From Neoechinorhynchus agilis (taxonomy: Eukaryota; Animalia; Acanthocephala): a stretch of DNA of 64,000 bases. Below are positions 49,636 to 62,834 of this stretch, piece by piece; the first letter of the stretch is position 1, and each line of letters begins with the position of its first letter. A program made the translations under genes and the position numbers. The notes beneath the pieces are model-generated. The model did no database searches. It worked only from the letters and a program-made list of their open reading frames with translations, and was not told the origin of the DNA. The DNA is taken from positions 18,268,784 through 18,332,783 of the forward strand of contig CM121341.1 of the NCBI GenBank assembly GCA_051530055.1, written 5' to 3'.

Positions 49636-50699
49636 CTAGGTGCGCTTCTGTGATTCACATTCTTTAGCGTCCTTCTTAGGCTTACACCGGCAACATTTCA
49701 TCGTACATATTTTCTTGAATTCGTTTCGAATGTCCCTCGATTGAATTATTAATACATAGAATTTTATGTAATGGTTTGACAAATAAAAGTTGTTTGCCAT
49801 AACGACCAAAACCCCAAGAAATACTTGCTGCCGGGTATTGTTTTCGATTTTGACCAATCGAGCAAGATAGGGTAATACAAAATTCACGACAGCCGTTAAA
49901 GAGTGGTAAAACGATATCGCGATAAGTTTGCGGATTGAATTTATTACTTTGTCTTCGGCTTGCTTTCCAACCTTTTTTTTATCCTTTTTACGTGTAGGTA
50001 CAAATAGACTCCGGACACGGTGATTATGACTGTTGGAAGCACGTTACCGAGGATATTATAGACAATTATTATAACATCAGTTTTGAACAAGTACAAAGTC
50101 GTTGCAAACATACAACGCGGTCCTCCAAGAATGTAGTGCACTGACATATCATGAGTTGCGAGTGGAAGTAAAAAATAAGTGGTAGAGCACAGGATCAGGA
50201 ATATCACACATATTACTTGTGAGCATTTTGGCCTCATGTGCTTGTTGGCGAAGGTAGGATTCACAGCTTTGATCAATCTATCGGCGTTCAATGCCACTAG
50301 CAACCAGTTTGAAATGTTATATAGGTTGAAAATAGTGATCAACACCCACCTACAGCTCATCTTATCGCTCATATGAACAAATCCGTTTAAACGCAGCCAC
50401 CTCGGCAATAACCCGAAGAGAATTACACTGTCCACGATTGCGATCGCTTTGCAATAAATGCTAAATGAAGTATTACTGAACGTTGGCATCTGCATGGATA
50501 TAAACAATAAAACGTTTCCAGCCAAGCCGAACAGAATTGAAACCGGGACCAGAATGACGCGGGACCAGTAAGTGATCGCTATTGCGGTTATTGCTACTTT
50601 ATCCGTAGAGTTAAGCACCTCTGCTATGCTTTGTAAAACCGTTACACGGTTATTCGCCATTTTGAAGCTCTTCGTCCTCGCTGTGATTTCTGCTATCAA
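49636..50699 (-). CDS. Rhodopsin-class peptide-type GPCR with a 1-nt frameshift near 49945
   Basis: TM1 GLAGN, TM2 IAIVD, TM3 LNADR. TM6-7 continue in the -1 frame (INSIRKLIAISF..VNFVLPY). Confidence 0.85.
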
Positions 50700-51700
50700 A
50701 CAATAACCTAATGGTATTTATATAAATCGGGCAGTATGCCAAGTAAGTAAACCGCTTTATAGCACGTGCTTGTAGGAAGTTCACACGATCAGACATAGCC
50801 CATGAAGCATTGGTGGATTTTTCGTAGTGACTGCTCTAGATGTTTTACAGTCGCAGGTCATTTATCATCAAACGTTGTTCGCTGTATGCTTCTCATTTTG
50901 AGCACGTCGAGCTAAAATTTATATCGCCAATATAATTGCGATTTTGCTTCTTATGTTCTTTTTTTCCGAACGCTTCGATAATTTTATTTTCGCAATACCA
51001 ACTTAACTTTTAATTGCCAATATTATGAAGTCACGAAGCTGCTCTAAATTTGTTATTTGAAATGCATCCATTGAATGCGGTTGAAAATAAAGCGAAAACG
51101 GTTATGTTTTAAAAGGTGAGTGCAGAACAAACTATAAAATGATTGAGATTTTCAAAAACAGAATGGAAAGGCAATCTATATTCGGCTTCGTTCTCCAGGT
51201 CAAATTCTGCTGAGAATCTTCAAACAATACAAGGTCGAAAACGAACTTTCGATCAACTATGCTATTTGCACAAGACAACTTGCAGAACAACATCCCGAGC
51301 AGCGTAAATCTATAGCCACGATTTCCAATACAAAAATACCTTACAGCTACATTTTGCTTGTCAAAATAACTGTTCAAAAAGGTGAACATGGGATGGTCAC
51401 TCTTAGTGAAATCTCGACATAGTCTGAGATTTAACGATTGCTTTGTCAAAGTATATCGACCTGCTGATCTGTCCGGAAAGGGAAGTTATTGAGCACTTCA
51501 TCTAGACGCGAGCAATCTGTTCGAAAACGGATGTTACCTTCGCATGCAATAAGATTTAAACTTACTAATAAATGCACTACCAAAATACGCGGGCGAAGAG
51601 GGCGGCGGTCGGATTGAACAACTAGTGCTTCTGCCAGCAAAACAAAACAATAATTTTTTTTAGGCAGTATTGTTTTCTATTTGGTTACTTTTCTTTACAT

Positions 51701-52567
51701 TCACCACCTCCCACCAAATTCCAGCTTTTGTCCTTCCTCGACCGTCGCCATCACGCTGGCAGCATTGCCCCGTTGTACTGCCAGCGAGATATTTTGTCGA
51801 AGAAATAAGCCTGCTCTTGAGTCTCCGGTTGCCTCTCTCAATTTCTTCGAGAAATCCTTGAGCAGAGAGAGTGCCGAGCTGCCGAGCGCTCCATACGTCT
51901 CTACCCCAAAGGGGACAAAATAGTGAGCCCTCGATAGCTGCATATATTTTCGTACCTTCCTCCCTTCCGCTGCACTAGCGCCACCACCGGCGATTTCGAG
52001 GGAGTAGGGGATGTTGCTGGCTGCGAGGGTGTCCACACACGTGGCGTCCCAGAGAAGGCATTTGCCCTCCCGCCACGGGAAGACCGAAATTCCATCGGGC
52101 CTACGGCCGTCTAGTCTGCAGAGGTGGGCGGGTTCCAGGATGTTCGGGAAGTTCGCCGTTCTCAACGCCCGAGAAATTACGTTATTGATTTCAGAATGGC
52201 GTGAAAACCTTCCTGCTGACCTTCTGCAGACGAGACCGTGTCGCCCGAAAGCATCAACCAAAGACCCACATCGACAGCGATGGGGCGTGCATATCGGGAG
52301 ACCGAGTCTTAAGGATACTGCGATCCTCGTCACCTCGTCAGTAAGAAGAGTTCCCACAGATGCCAGAGGAACAGCCTCCAACCACGCCCCAGATTCTCGT
52401 GTTGAAACTGCCAACGGTCTAGCTCGGACGACCCCATCGCGAGAACCTGAAAGAAGAGAGCTGTGAGCTCTCGCGACAAGAGGTCCGTCCCAGATCGACT
52501 GTCTGAGGCCATTCACGGGAACTTGGTTAGCGCCTGTCTGCTGGCACCATTCCTCAACCGCCACCAC
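51701..52567 (-). mobile_element. CRE-like REL-endonuclease-only copy with an uninterrupted 288-aa frame
   Basis: CRC..HGLVC, RHSEIN, RPDG, WDATC, EGRKVRKY and QRGNA. Confidence 0.92.
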
Positions 52568-53319
52568 GATATCGGAAATAAATTAGCGAATTTAAATCCG
52601 AGTGGCAAAAGTACCAAAAGAAAGTATCTTTTTCTCCGAAGATAATAATATAAGACATCTTCTTTTCTCGAAAAAAGTGGTCTACTCTCTCAACAAATCA
52701 ATGAGCAGTGAATTAGAATCGGTCAAGTAGCGGAAGCTATTCTGTGCGAAATGGAAGATCTTAAAAGTGAACAGTTGGTCGAAGTCAAAAAGCGCAAAGG
52801 GAAAATAGCTAACGGTCTAAAGAGGCAAGCAAAGGTTTCAAAGGGGAATTCTAAGAAACAAACTGAAGGTTTACAGAAATCGACTAGTGAAGCTTCCACG
52901 AAAGAGAATACGGTTTTAGTGTATTCCATCATTATGGCAAACTCAAACGAAAATTCGTTGGAAACGATTGGTGTTCAAAAGACTGTGAATATTTCTACAA
53001 TTACTGGGGACTTGGTACCACCCTATTCAGCATATATTACTTAATGATTCCAAAATTACTGTGGAGTATGATATTGTGACTGTGATGCAAGGTAACGATA
53101 GAAAAAACGAAAGCGATTTATTTTCAGTAACTACTAAGAAAGCTACGGTTGAACAAAAGGTCGAAGAAACATCTGAACAACTAGTAAACAAAAGCAAAAG
53201 GGGGAACAAATAACTACGTGGTGAAGATATTCCCGGTTACGAATCATTCTATTGTACTGAAATATTTCGCGAGGATCATCTAAAAAGGTTTTGGCCTTAA
53301 ATTGTAGAAAACTTACAAG

Positions 53320-53366
53320 CAATGACTGATGAGGCGAGGTTACCTCGCGAAATATCTCCAATAAAC
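53320..53366 (+). ncRNA. Minimal type I hammerhead ribozyme, intact core
   Basis: CUGAUGA (53326-53332)-G-GCGAGG-UUA-CCUCGC-GAAA-UA-UC/UC, then AAUAAA. Proximal stem I is only 2 bp. Confidence 0.65.
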
Positions 53367-53559
53367 CAAATATGCTATTATCGGGAGTATTTTCACCAAA
53401 ATTATACTGGTTTTAGTTATGTTTCTTTTCTATGGTTTGTCTAATAGGCTCGGGTTAACAGGTTCGCTATTTCCAACAAGGTTTGGGGGCCGCGTGGCCA
53501 TTCGTAAACAATGCACTGTATCGTGTTTTCTATTGATTTTAACTACGTCATTAGCAGGT

Positions 53560-54150
53560 AGTTTTACGCTGAAATTCGCTTTATTGCCTGTGCAAGGCCT
53601 CAAGAACAAGATGCCTTCCAAGATTTGGCTCCTTCTCTATAAATTTCGTGCCTTCAAAATTTATGTGATGGTGCATAGTTTCGTGGTGGCTTGAAATGGC
53701 GGATGAATGATCAACATGTCGACAAGCCTGTTTATGTTGGGTAATTCTCTTCGGAATGCCCTGCATTGTTTGTCCTACATTGATTGCACTGTATTTATAC
53801 ACCCCGCAAGTTGGATCATTGTGCATCTTTTTGAACGTGTTAGGGAGGGTGATACCTTTCTTATTGTACACACGAATTCCAACCTCCGTCCTCATAATCG
53901 AATTGATCATTTGGTTTGTTGCATCACCAAAACAAATTCAACTCTTTCGAATTTCACGGACTCTGGAAGCGTTTTTTTTCTGTGTTCGATGATTGCTCCT
54001 CTTAATACCGCAGCCAATTATCCATTTAGGGTATCCTCTTGTTCGCAATTCCCTCATGATACTATCCCTTTGTGTTTGTTTCGAGTGTTTAAAGAACTTG
54101 AATGTTGGATTAAACTTTATCGTAGTCTAAATACGACAACAATCATGTGA
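53560..54150 (-). mobile_element. Penelope-like element: RT thumb plus GIY-YIG endonuclease remnant
   Basis: LRTRGYPKWII, then GVYKY..NVGQT..KRITQH..SAISSH..INFE..LEALH. Confidence 0.85.
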
Positions 54151-54952
54151 AATTATCACGACTGTTACTTGGTTGTATTTCTGAATTCATTAAGAGAAAA
54201 GCTCCTGGTGTGTGTTCAGTCTTATATGTAAAAATAAAACGCCCTTAGTAAACAGGTTGTCGTTTTAAAAATACTACAATAATCATCAGAAATTATGAAG
54301 ATTGTTACTTGGTCGTGTTTCTGAAATCATTATGCACGTAAGTTTCGCCATAAACACGATGTATAAAGAAATTTCTTTGTTATACGATTTTATGCTAAAT
54401 TAGTTCAATGATTTGAAATTTGTAAGATAATCGAGTCGAGGTTTCTAATGAAAGCGAGGAACTTTTAATGCGTGTTAATTGATCGCAGCGAAAATTATTA
54501 GTTACCTGCTAAATGTATACTCTTTTAATCTAACTTTTGCTGCAAATGCATTTAGTTTCAAAATTAATAGAGAAAATAGCACGTTCTTCGTTGAGACTTG
54601 ATCTGGGCTTATTGGAGCCCAATCTTTCCTTAATAACCGGATAACATGGAAAGACTCCTAATCGGTTATCTCATGTACAAAGCCTCCGATCGCACATTAA
54701 CATGCCTTCAAAAACAAGTCCCACCTCCCTTGCCTTCAACGTCCGTCATCCAGACACCGTTTAGCAAAGATAGATGCTGGCAAGTGTGTGGACCGTGTAT
54801 TTGTTACACAAATAAAACGTGTTTATATAAGTACTGATGCCGATTTTTGATTAAAGGGTGTAAAACTCCGCCAGCTAATATCCATCCATCAAATGCTTTA
54901 AAATATTATTTTTTGAATGCTACTAACAACATTTAATCTTCCCAGAAACATG

Positions 54953-56553
54953 CTAAACGGTTACGAAGTAACTGTTTTGATTGCATAAGTTTGTATGAGT
55001 CGCTGATCGTTGGCATTCTGAGGTTGGAAATAGCGTCACGGAATCGTTCACCGTTTCACGTAACAAATTACCACCATTGCGGTCCGAATAAAGGTTGTTT
55101 GAAGTGGATGCAACCAAAGTATACATTCCGTAGTCCGCGGAGTCTACATTGAAGATAGTTAGGCGCACTAAAAGACATTCGTTTTCACAGAATTCTTGGT
55201 CTATATCGAAAGCATCCCATTGATATTTATAGTTATTGAACACAGGTTCCTTTAAGCCATTAGACCTAACGAAGTGCCACGACAAATCGGGGAAAGGAAA
55301 TGCATATTTCACATAACAATCAAGCGTAACGTGAACGCGGTAGTTTGGAACCTGACCGAGTCTCTTTGGATTACATTGGACTTCTTGAGCCGAAAGTTGT
55401 TGATGTACCTTTATCATTAGTTTGTACTCATTTGATCCAGCATCATTAAAGGCCATGCAAGTATATATACCGGAATCCGTGGACGAAACGTTTTTTAATT
55501 TACTTGCCGTTAATTGGTGATTTATGGGAAGAAAAGCAGTGGGTTAATTCATAAATCTCAACTTACGAGAACATGCAAAAAATTTCAAGTGGTATTTTTG
55601 GGTATGTGGCGGTGGGGAAAAAATTAAATCAAAGAATGACTTTAATTGAAAATGCGATAAAGTGAAACCATCAATAGAAAATCCTTCGGGATGATGGAGT
55701 TGCAAATATTCGATTAATTTACAGTGACTGGTTGGGTGTGGCTCCCTCGTAAAATATTTAAATTCATAAAATATTTTTCATCTGGGATTGTGATCCCTAC
55801 ATCTTCGACCATAGAATGAAACGTGCGTTATAATTTCTAAATGCAAATAATATTCAATTTGAGAAAAATGATCGAATATACACCAATTACAGCGGCTAAA
55901 TGTGCCACGGTCTGCAATTAAGCAATTTTGCTTATACCACGCTATGCTCGGCTTTGGGTATCCAATTGCGCTGCAATCAAGATTGATATCCGATCCTGCA
56001 TCCAAAATAATATCTTGGTTTCTACATGAAATCAATGGTTCACCTGTAAGTTATTTTTAGATCGATTAAAAATACGTTTATTTAAATATTACTGATTACA
56101 TTTAAGGTACGACTGGAGAAAATCTCAGGTAAATCACATACTTGACATCGAAGTTCGCCTGAATCGTGGAACAAAAGAGATTCAAAGGAGAGTGTAGATG
56201 ATCCTCGAGCAATGTTATGATGAACGTGTATTCGATGAGCTTCATAGAGTACATTATTTCCTGAAGCTATAAGTATTTCGGAATCTAAATGGAGGTGTGA
56301 CTGCAAATTTCCCAATGACTATTTTCTTACCATCATTTTTCCTCCTGAGGATCCAATTGATGCATGTAACATGAGTTGTAATTAACGAGCAAGAACAGTT
56401 AAGAGCTTTTCCTCGTTTCGGAGATAAATATGGACTGAATTCAATCCCGTATGTTTGTTTTAGTTGAAACGCTGGTGGTGCAATAGACTTGAGTGGTTCC
56501 GCTTTTATTGGTATGCAATTGATGGAACATAGGACGACAAGAGTGTGCAACAT
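54953..56553 (-). CDS. Secreted three-Ig-domain protein (multi-exon)
   Basis: Signal-like N-terminus; DSGELRC, LDCSAIGYPKPSIAWYK, DSGIYTC, LDC..FPDLSW and DYGMY. Canonical short introns near 56290-56330 and 56050-56095. Confidence 0.8.
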
Positions 56554-56984
56554 GATTTCGGTAAATAGCAAAAGATTTTAAACTTTTGCAAGAAGTAAAA
56601 TGAAAAGAACTTTAGGTCTCCGCTCATTTTCCATAATAAAACTAAGTTATGTAACCAACACAATATCAACAGTGTTGCTACACTTTGTTGCAACCTTTTT
56701 ATATTTGAGCGAAATAATGGATTTTAGACGGCTACTTTCTGCAACTTATGATATATAATCCTTCGAAATTGTTAATAGCAACGCCCGATATTGACAGATT
56801 CTTGCTAGTCGATGAAGACGTACGAGAAATTTACGAATCGAAAGCAAAAAGTTAGCAATAATGCATAATGATTTTTCCGGAAAAACCGTCTTATTTGACA
56901 TCTTAACCGATTGCGAAAACATAACGTATTATTTATAATCCAGCAAAACTATGTAACCTGGACAAATTATTATTGCAGACTCGA

Positions 56985-57385
56985 TGGTGGAGGACCGGAC
57001 GGGATAACTGTGTTCCCGTGGTGAGAAGGGAAATCCCTTCTCTGGGACGCCACTTGTGTTGACACCCTTGCCCTGTTCAATTTAAGATATTCCTCACGAT
57101 GCGAAGGAAACGCTGCAATTGCCGTGGAGGAACGCAAGCGGGGAAGTACGCCGAGATCTTGAGGGCACACCACTTCGTCCCTTTCGGCGTTGAGACGCTC
57201 GGAGCCTTCGGTGCTGATGCCAAGAGCTTCACGGCGGATCTATCAAGGAAGATGATGATAGCAACCGGAGACCCAAGAGCAGGAACGTTCTTCCTACAAA
57301 ACATAGGTCTCGCGATCCAGCACGGCAACGCTGCAAGTGTCCTTGCTACGATTCCGAGTGGCGAAGAGATGGATGTGGGAAGCAG
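56985..57385 (+). mobile_element. CRE-like REL fragment (same subfamily as 40800-41555)
   Basis: Near-identical to the reverse complement of 40810-41230. Confidence 0.9.
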
Positions 57386-57572
57386 GCAACGACTTTATGC
57401 GGAAATAAAAAAGATTCTGGCTAAAAAAAGGGTAATGCGTTAAAAAATTCAAGCGAAATAACCGGCAAAAATGCATGTTCATGCACAAGATAAATTTTAT
57501 TTTTAACGGAAGACATATTTTTTTCGAATCGATAAACATTTTTAACAATTCAAACAATCTGTTTGAAGCACA

Positions 57573-58366
57573 CTCACCACCTCCCGCCAAATTCCAGCTT
57601 TTGTCCTTCCTCGACCGTCGCCATCACGCTGGCAGCATTGCCCCGTTGTACTGCCAGCGAGATATTTTGTCGAAGGAATACGCCTGCTCATGAGTCTCCG
57701 GTTGCCTCTCTCAATTTTTTCGAGAGATCCTGGAGCAGAGAGAGTGCCGAGCTGCCGAGCGCTCCATACGTCTCTACCCCAAAGGGGACAAAATAGTGAG
57801 CCTCGATAACTGAATATATTTCCGTATTTTCCTCCATTCCGCTGCACTGGCTGCATCTCCAGCGATTTCGAGAGAGTAGGGAATGTTGCTCACTGCGAGG
57901 GTGTCCACACACGTGGCGTCCCGGAGAAGGCATCTGCCCTCCCCCACGGGAAGACCGAAATTCCATCGGGCCTATGGCCGTCTAGTCGACAAAGGTGCGC
58001 GGGTTCCAGGATGTTCGGGAAGTTCGCCGTTCTCAACGCCCGAGAAATTGCGTTATTGATTTCAGAATGGCGTGAGAACCTTCCTCCTGACCTTCTGCAG
58101 ACGAGACCATAAGGATACTGCGATCCTCGTTACCTCATCAGTAAGAAGAGTTCCCACTGATGCCAGAGGAACAGCCTCCAACCACGCCCCAGATTCTCGT
58201 GCTGAAACTACCAACAGTCTAGTTCAGACGACCCCATCGCGAGAACCGGAAAGTAGATAACTGTGAGCTCTCGCGACAAGCGGTCCGTCCCAGATCGACT
58301 GTCTGAGGCCATTCACGGGAACATGGTTAGCGCCTATCTGCTGGCGCCATTCCTCAACCGCCACCA
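57573..58366 (-). mobile_element. CRE-like REL-only copy (same subfamily and same ends as 51701-52567)
   Basis: Colinear high-identity match with a small internal deletion near 58110. Confidence 0.9.
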
Positions 58367-58434
58367 GTCATTTTGCTGAAATAACAATAAATTCAATTTA
58401 TCACAATACCTTATTTTTGTAATAATAACACGTT

Positions 58435-58900
58435 TTATATGTTAATGTAAAACGAATATGGCCCATGTACTTTTGGATCCTCATAAACACCCAAATTCTG
58501 GTAAGATAGATGAATGTGGCTATTGATTTTTGAGTGGATTACGAGTAGGTTCGGATGGGAATATCCGGTAGGTTTGGAATTCCATTCTTGTGAGAATTGG
58601 TGATCGATATCCAAGAAGATTGGGCAGATTGGACAGTGTGGTAAAAGGAGCGGAGATAGAGAGGTGCGAGGTATAGGAGGATGAAAGGAATTTGAATTGC
58701 GAGTGTTGTGCTCGTGTGAAAAGGGTAATAAAATGTGGTAAAGATTGTGGTGGTAGGGTATGGTGAAAATCTTATATAAGCAAGCAAATGTAATTTTCGT
58801 TGCAAACTCCTCTATCAACGTTGTCCTAAACAAATCGGCATTAACAATTTTAGATGCTATTAATGTGCATTATGGCTATCTTAAAGCAAAGGTTAAGTTT
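58435..58900 (-). mobile_element. CR1/L2-like LINE 3' remnant
   Basis: LYKIF..HEHNTRNS..F pattern typical of the end of LINE ORF2; similar in character to 33570-33900. Confidence 0.55.
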
Positions 58901-59347
58901 TTGGAACCACCGCGAACGAGACACTTTAAGGCGCTTATTTAGTCTGAAAACTTCGAATCAGTCGACTTTAAATATTCGTGCCAAATATTGGTCACGAATT
59001 AGCATTCTATTTTTAAGGCACAAAAAGAAGACAAAATATTTTTTAACAAAAGCCACGATTCAAATATTTAAGGGCTTTCAGTCTCAGAAACTTCTAAATC
59101 TTCCAATACTTGCTCTGGACTTGATTGGATTGTTTTGCGAATATTTGCGACAATTTTTCCAAGGTCCTTTACTTGAAGCATCTTTCTATCCACAAGCGTT
59201 TGATTACGATAAAAATCGCGTTTATAGCTTTTGAGAATTTCCTCATCCTTAATGATAAAGGCTTCGCGCTTTGCTTTAAGTTCCTGTTCTTTTTTACGAA
59301 TATTTTTTTTCGATGTGATGAGTCTTGAACGTTGCTTCTCTTGTATC

Positions 59348-60076
59348 TTATTGGTTTATTCCGCTTTGTGACAGAAAACAATAGGAAGTAGAAGCAAAGT
59401 GGAATGAACTCATAGCAGCTAGAACGTTGAACTTCGATTCGGTCATATTGATCTTTTCTAACATTTCCTTAAATAAATCCATCCTGCGGAAACAGTTTCT
59501 AGCTGTAGCTTCAAGTAGCTCAGTTGTTTCGGGTCTTAAGATTACAGTGATTCGAATGAGTTCCTCTAAAGGGTGACTTAAATTATGCAGCAACTTGATT
59601 TAAGTGACTCACGAAGGTAGTTGTCTAATACAGATGATCCTTCAAAACAAAGCGCATACTCGGGCATATCTTCTTCAGTAAATCTCAAATGCGACGCGTC
59701 TAAGCATTAAAATTTACCGATTTATTTTTTTCATTTCACTTGCCAACACATTTCGAACCCGGATAATATCATCCATTGATGGTTTTTTTACACTTGCTCG
59801 CTTCACAATAACTTCCCTTTCTGTCATTGTTATTCTAAACGCGGTAAATACTTGCGATGTATCCCCATAACTATTAAGTGTGACTTACTTAGGTTTTAAA
59901 TGAGCATTTAGTCGGGTACGCAATTGATTGATCTTTGCATCGTTTACGGTTATAGATATTTCCTCTTCCATACTTCCTCCATGTCGCGATATTCTTGTTA
60001 TTTCAGTCAGCAAAAAGGGTGACTCCATGAATTGTTGTTTTTTAGAATTTTTGTTTTGATTAAAAGCCGTTGCCAT
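59348..60076 (-). CDS. Multi-exon gene of unknown function
   Basis: ORF pieces can be joined by short GT-AG introns (gtaagt..tttag 54 nt, gtgaaa..cttag 40 nt, gtgagt..tttag 47 nt). No domain recognised. Confidence 0.45.
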
Positions 60077-60619
60077 GGCAAAAGGTTCGCACTTTTAGAA
60101 TTGGCTCGACCAGGGTTTTTTGCATCCAATGCCCACGATCTCGCCTTTCATTATTACGCGGAGTGAATATGCTTACTAATTTCATATTTAAAAACTTAAA
60201 AATCCGACAAATCGTAATATTAGGGCTTTTCAAACGTTCTTGAAACTCAGAACGCAAAGGAAATTTCACACTATTCCAAAATTATTTGCATCCATTTGGA
60301 ATTATTTTTTGCTAAATTTTTGACAAATAATTTAGGGAACTTTTTAAACTTAAAATTAAGAATCCGTTTATATCTGCGACCTACACTTACCGTCAATCTA
60401 CGTAACTCTTATTTAAACACTTTTAGAACATTTGATGCAATACTTTCTCGAGTAATTTTCACATTATTTCAAAAAAAGTAGAATCCCACAATCTCTTATA
60501 TTTCAAAAACTGCTATACTCAGTTTTGTCGAAACGACCGAGCAGTATTTAGGATTTTTATTCATTTCTTACAAGCAATTTTTTCAATTTATGAAAGTTCC
60601 AAGGGGGACGAAGGAACAT

Positions 60620-61140
60620 CTTTATCCTCTATAGTATCGAGAATCCAGCATTCCGTTTCTGAATCGTACAGTTGATTCTCTGATAAAAATAATTGGCTGC
60701 ACGGCGGTCCTTTGTTGTTACGATTTTACAACCTTGGTTAAAAATTCTGCGGTGCTTGGTCCGGCGGCACCAATTGTCTCAATGGCGAGTGGTGTCTAAA
60801 ACGTAGAGAGATCAATCGATCCATTTGTACTTCTTCCTTTTTCGGTCTCCCGCCCTTTTCACCACCTCGGATCTTGAAACTGCAAGAGACAAGTTGCTCT
60901 TAGCAATCGTAGTCGGACAGATGGAGTCCCAAGAAGACGGCCTTTTTCCCACAGAACTGTGGATGTGCTGTCGGTTATTTTTCCGTCATCTCTGTTCAAA
61001 CCGGCTTCCTCGATGGTGCCCGGCTATCGTTTAGGGGCAATTGAGTCTGCACAGAAGCGAGACAAAAGGAGCGGTCTTCCATTTTAGTACCAATCGACAG
61101 GATTCATAAAACGTGAAAACTACCTAGCGAGTAAGCGTGC
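60620..61140 (-). mobile_element. Older CRE-like REL remnant
   Basis: DDGKITD..WEKG, PLAIETIGAAGP and QRINCTIQ in shifted frames. Confidence 0.65.
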
Positions 61141-61726
61141 TCGTTCTTTGGGGGAATTCCTTCTCAAACTATGGGTCCTACCAATGTTTTTTTATTGTTG
61201 TATCCGATGGGAAAATCAGTTCCAGATTGCTTTCATTGCTTTGTCACAGGATCTTTCTTTACTTGCTGCGCTCCACTGTAAAAGCACTCCATAGTTTGAA
61301 TCGATTCTCGTTCGTATCGATTCATTATGACGACTATGTTTACATGGCAGTCAGTATATAAATAGTACCGCAATCAAATACAACAGCTCTTCTCATGTTT
61401 TAGTTCAGGTAATAGCGACATTTGTAAACCTTGAATTCTACAAATGTAAATCTCGAATCATACACATACTTGACAATTGTTTTATAACGATCACGTCAAT
61501 AATTGTCGATCAGATCAACAAAATCTACGATTTGCAATGTGGTGAAGACGTTTGCCGTAGCATAGAAACGTAAGTTTCCGAAGCGTTACAGTCTACAAAA
61601 AAGACTGCATTGAGTTCTATCTCCGACTGTCTGTAACATAATTTTCAAAGTATTTAAATAGAGGTAAGGATTACTGTTGAAAGCGTATATTTTATCCATA
61701 TTTACTAACACGGAATTTTCACTGCC

Positions 61727-62834
61727 ATGCTCATTGGTGTCCCGACACCCCGTCGTTTGTCTTTCTCCAATTCCCTCAGTGTTTCAGAAATGGATCCTCA
61801 ATCGGAAATAACGCAGAACGGCCAGTCTATGTTAAATCAACAAACCAGCGAAATTGATGTCGATGGATCAATTACTGATTGCAATCATAAATGTAGTGTT
61901 TCCAATGAAATAACAGTGCATCGCCAAGATGCATGTGGAGTAACAACGATTGAAAAGGTCATCAGTGTACAGGATGACAACCGAGTGGATTCTATGCATA
62001 CTGATCAAGAAATACCTACTGATTTGGAGTGTCCGGCAGTTGACATAAAAGAAGAAGCACCTAAACCTCTACGAAAACGAAAACCTGCCGATGATTCGCC
62101 TCCAAAACCAGTAAAACGAAAGAGAAACAAGAAGAAGAAAAAGGAAACATTTTTTGACGACGAGGCTCAAATAATAGGACGCCAGCTCCAAGCAAAGTAC
62201 GGTCCAAAGAAAAGAGACGATGCCAAGATTGCCGAATCTAGAGCGTGTTTCCTTTCGCAGGATCAATCTGGCAAATATTGCCTTCATGTTCCAACGTTCG
62301 TATCACAAAGAGTGACAAGAAAGGCGAAAATAGGCCAGGCTGAGACTTTGCTTCGATGTCCTCGGACTAACGGTTCGACCTGCCCTTCCATGGGTACCAA
62401 ATGCTGTCTTTGCAATAGGAGAGATACTACTTCTGGTTTATATGACAATCTATACGGTCCATATGTGGCACCCAAATCGATCATTCCACTCATTGCACCT
62501 GGAAATATTTGTGAACACAATAAAAATCTGAATTTCAACGAGGTTCTTATTTTTCATCGAGATTCTGATTGATAAGATTTGGTTCCACGAAATGTGCGTT
62601 GGTGGTACTAAACGGCTCAGAATTGAAAGACGTCGTTTGCGAGGATTAGAAAAGGCGTTGTTGAAGGCGAGTGAGTGTCAATGCGAATTGTGTGGAGAAA
62701 AAATGGCTTCGATTGATTGCACTGCTTGTGGTCGAATGTTCCACTTCCCATGCGCATTACAAGACCGAGGAGAGTTTCTAGAAAGAAATATGTACTTTTC
62801 ATGCCGAAAATGCCTTGATAGTAACAATCAGTGA
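61727..62834 (+). CDS. TCF20/RAI1-like extended PHD finger protein (2 exons)
   Basis: CCLCN..NLYGPY, WFHEMC, GLEKAL, CELC..C..C..FHFPC and CRKC. A 34-nt GT-AG intron at 62543-62576 joins the two frames. Confidence 0.8.

Noticed and set aside
49940-49950. Programmed frameshifting in the GPCR (and in INTS4 near 32275)
   Set aside because: These are single-base losses at short homopolymers, seen in one copy only and with no slippery heptamer; assembly error or mutation is more likely.
54151-54335. Imperfect 44-bp direct repeat about 140 bp apart
   Set aside because: Only two AT-rich copies; not CRISPR-like and no further structure.
59700-59890. Two apparent 18-nt GT-AG micro-introns
   Set aside because: Ordinary 54-nt and 40-nt introns using the same region explain the frames equally well or better.
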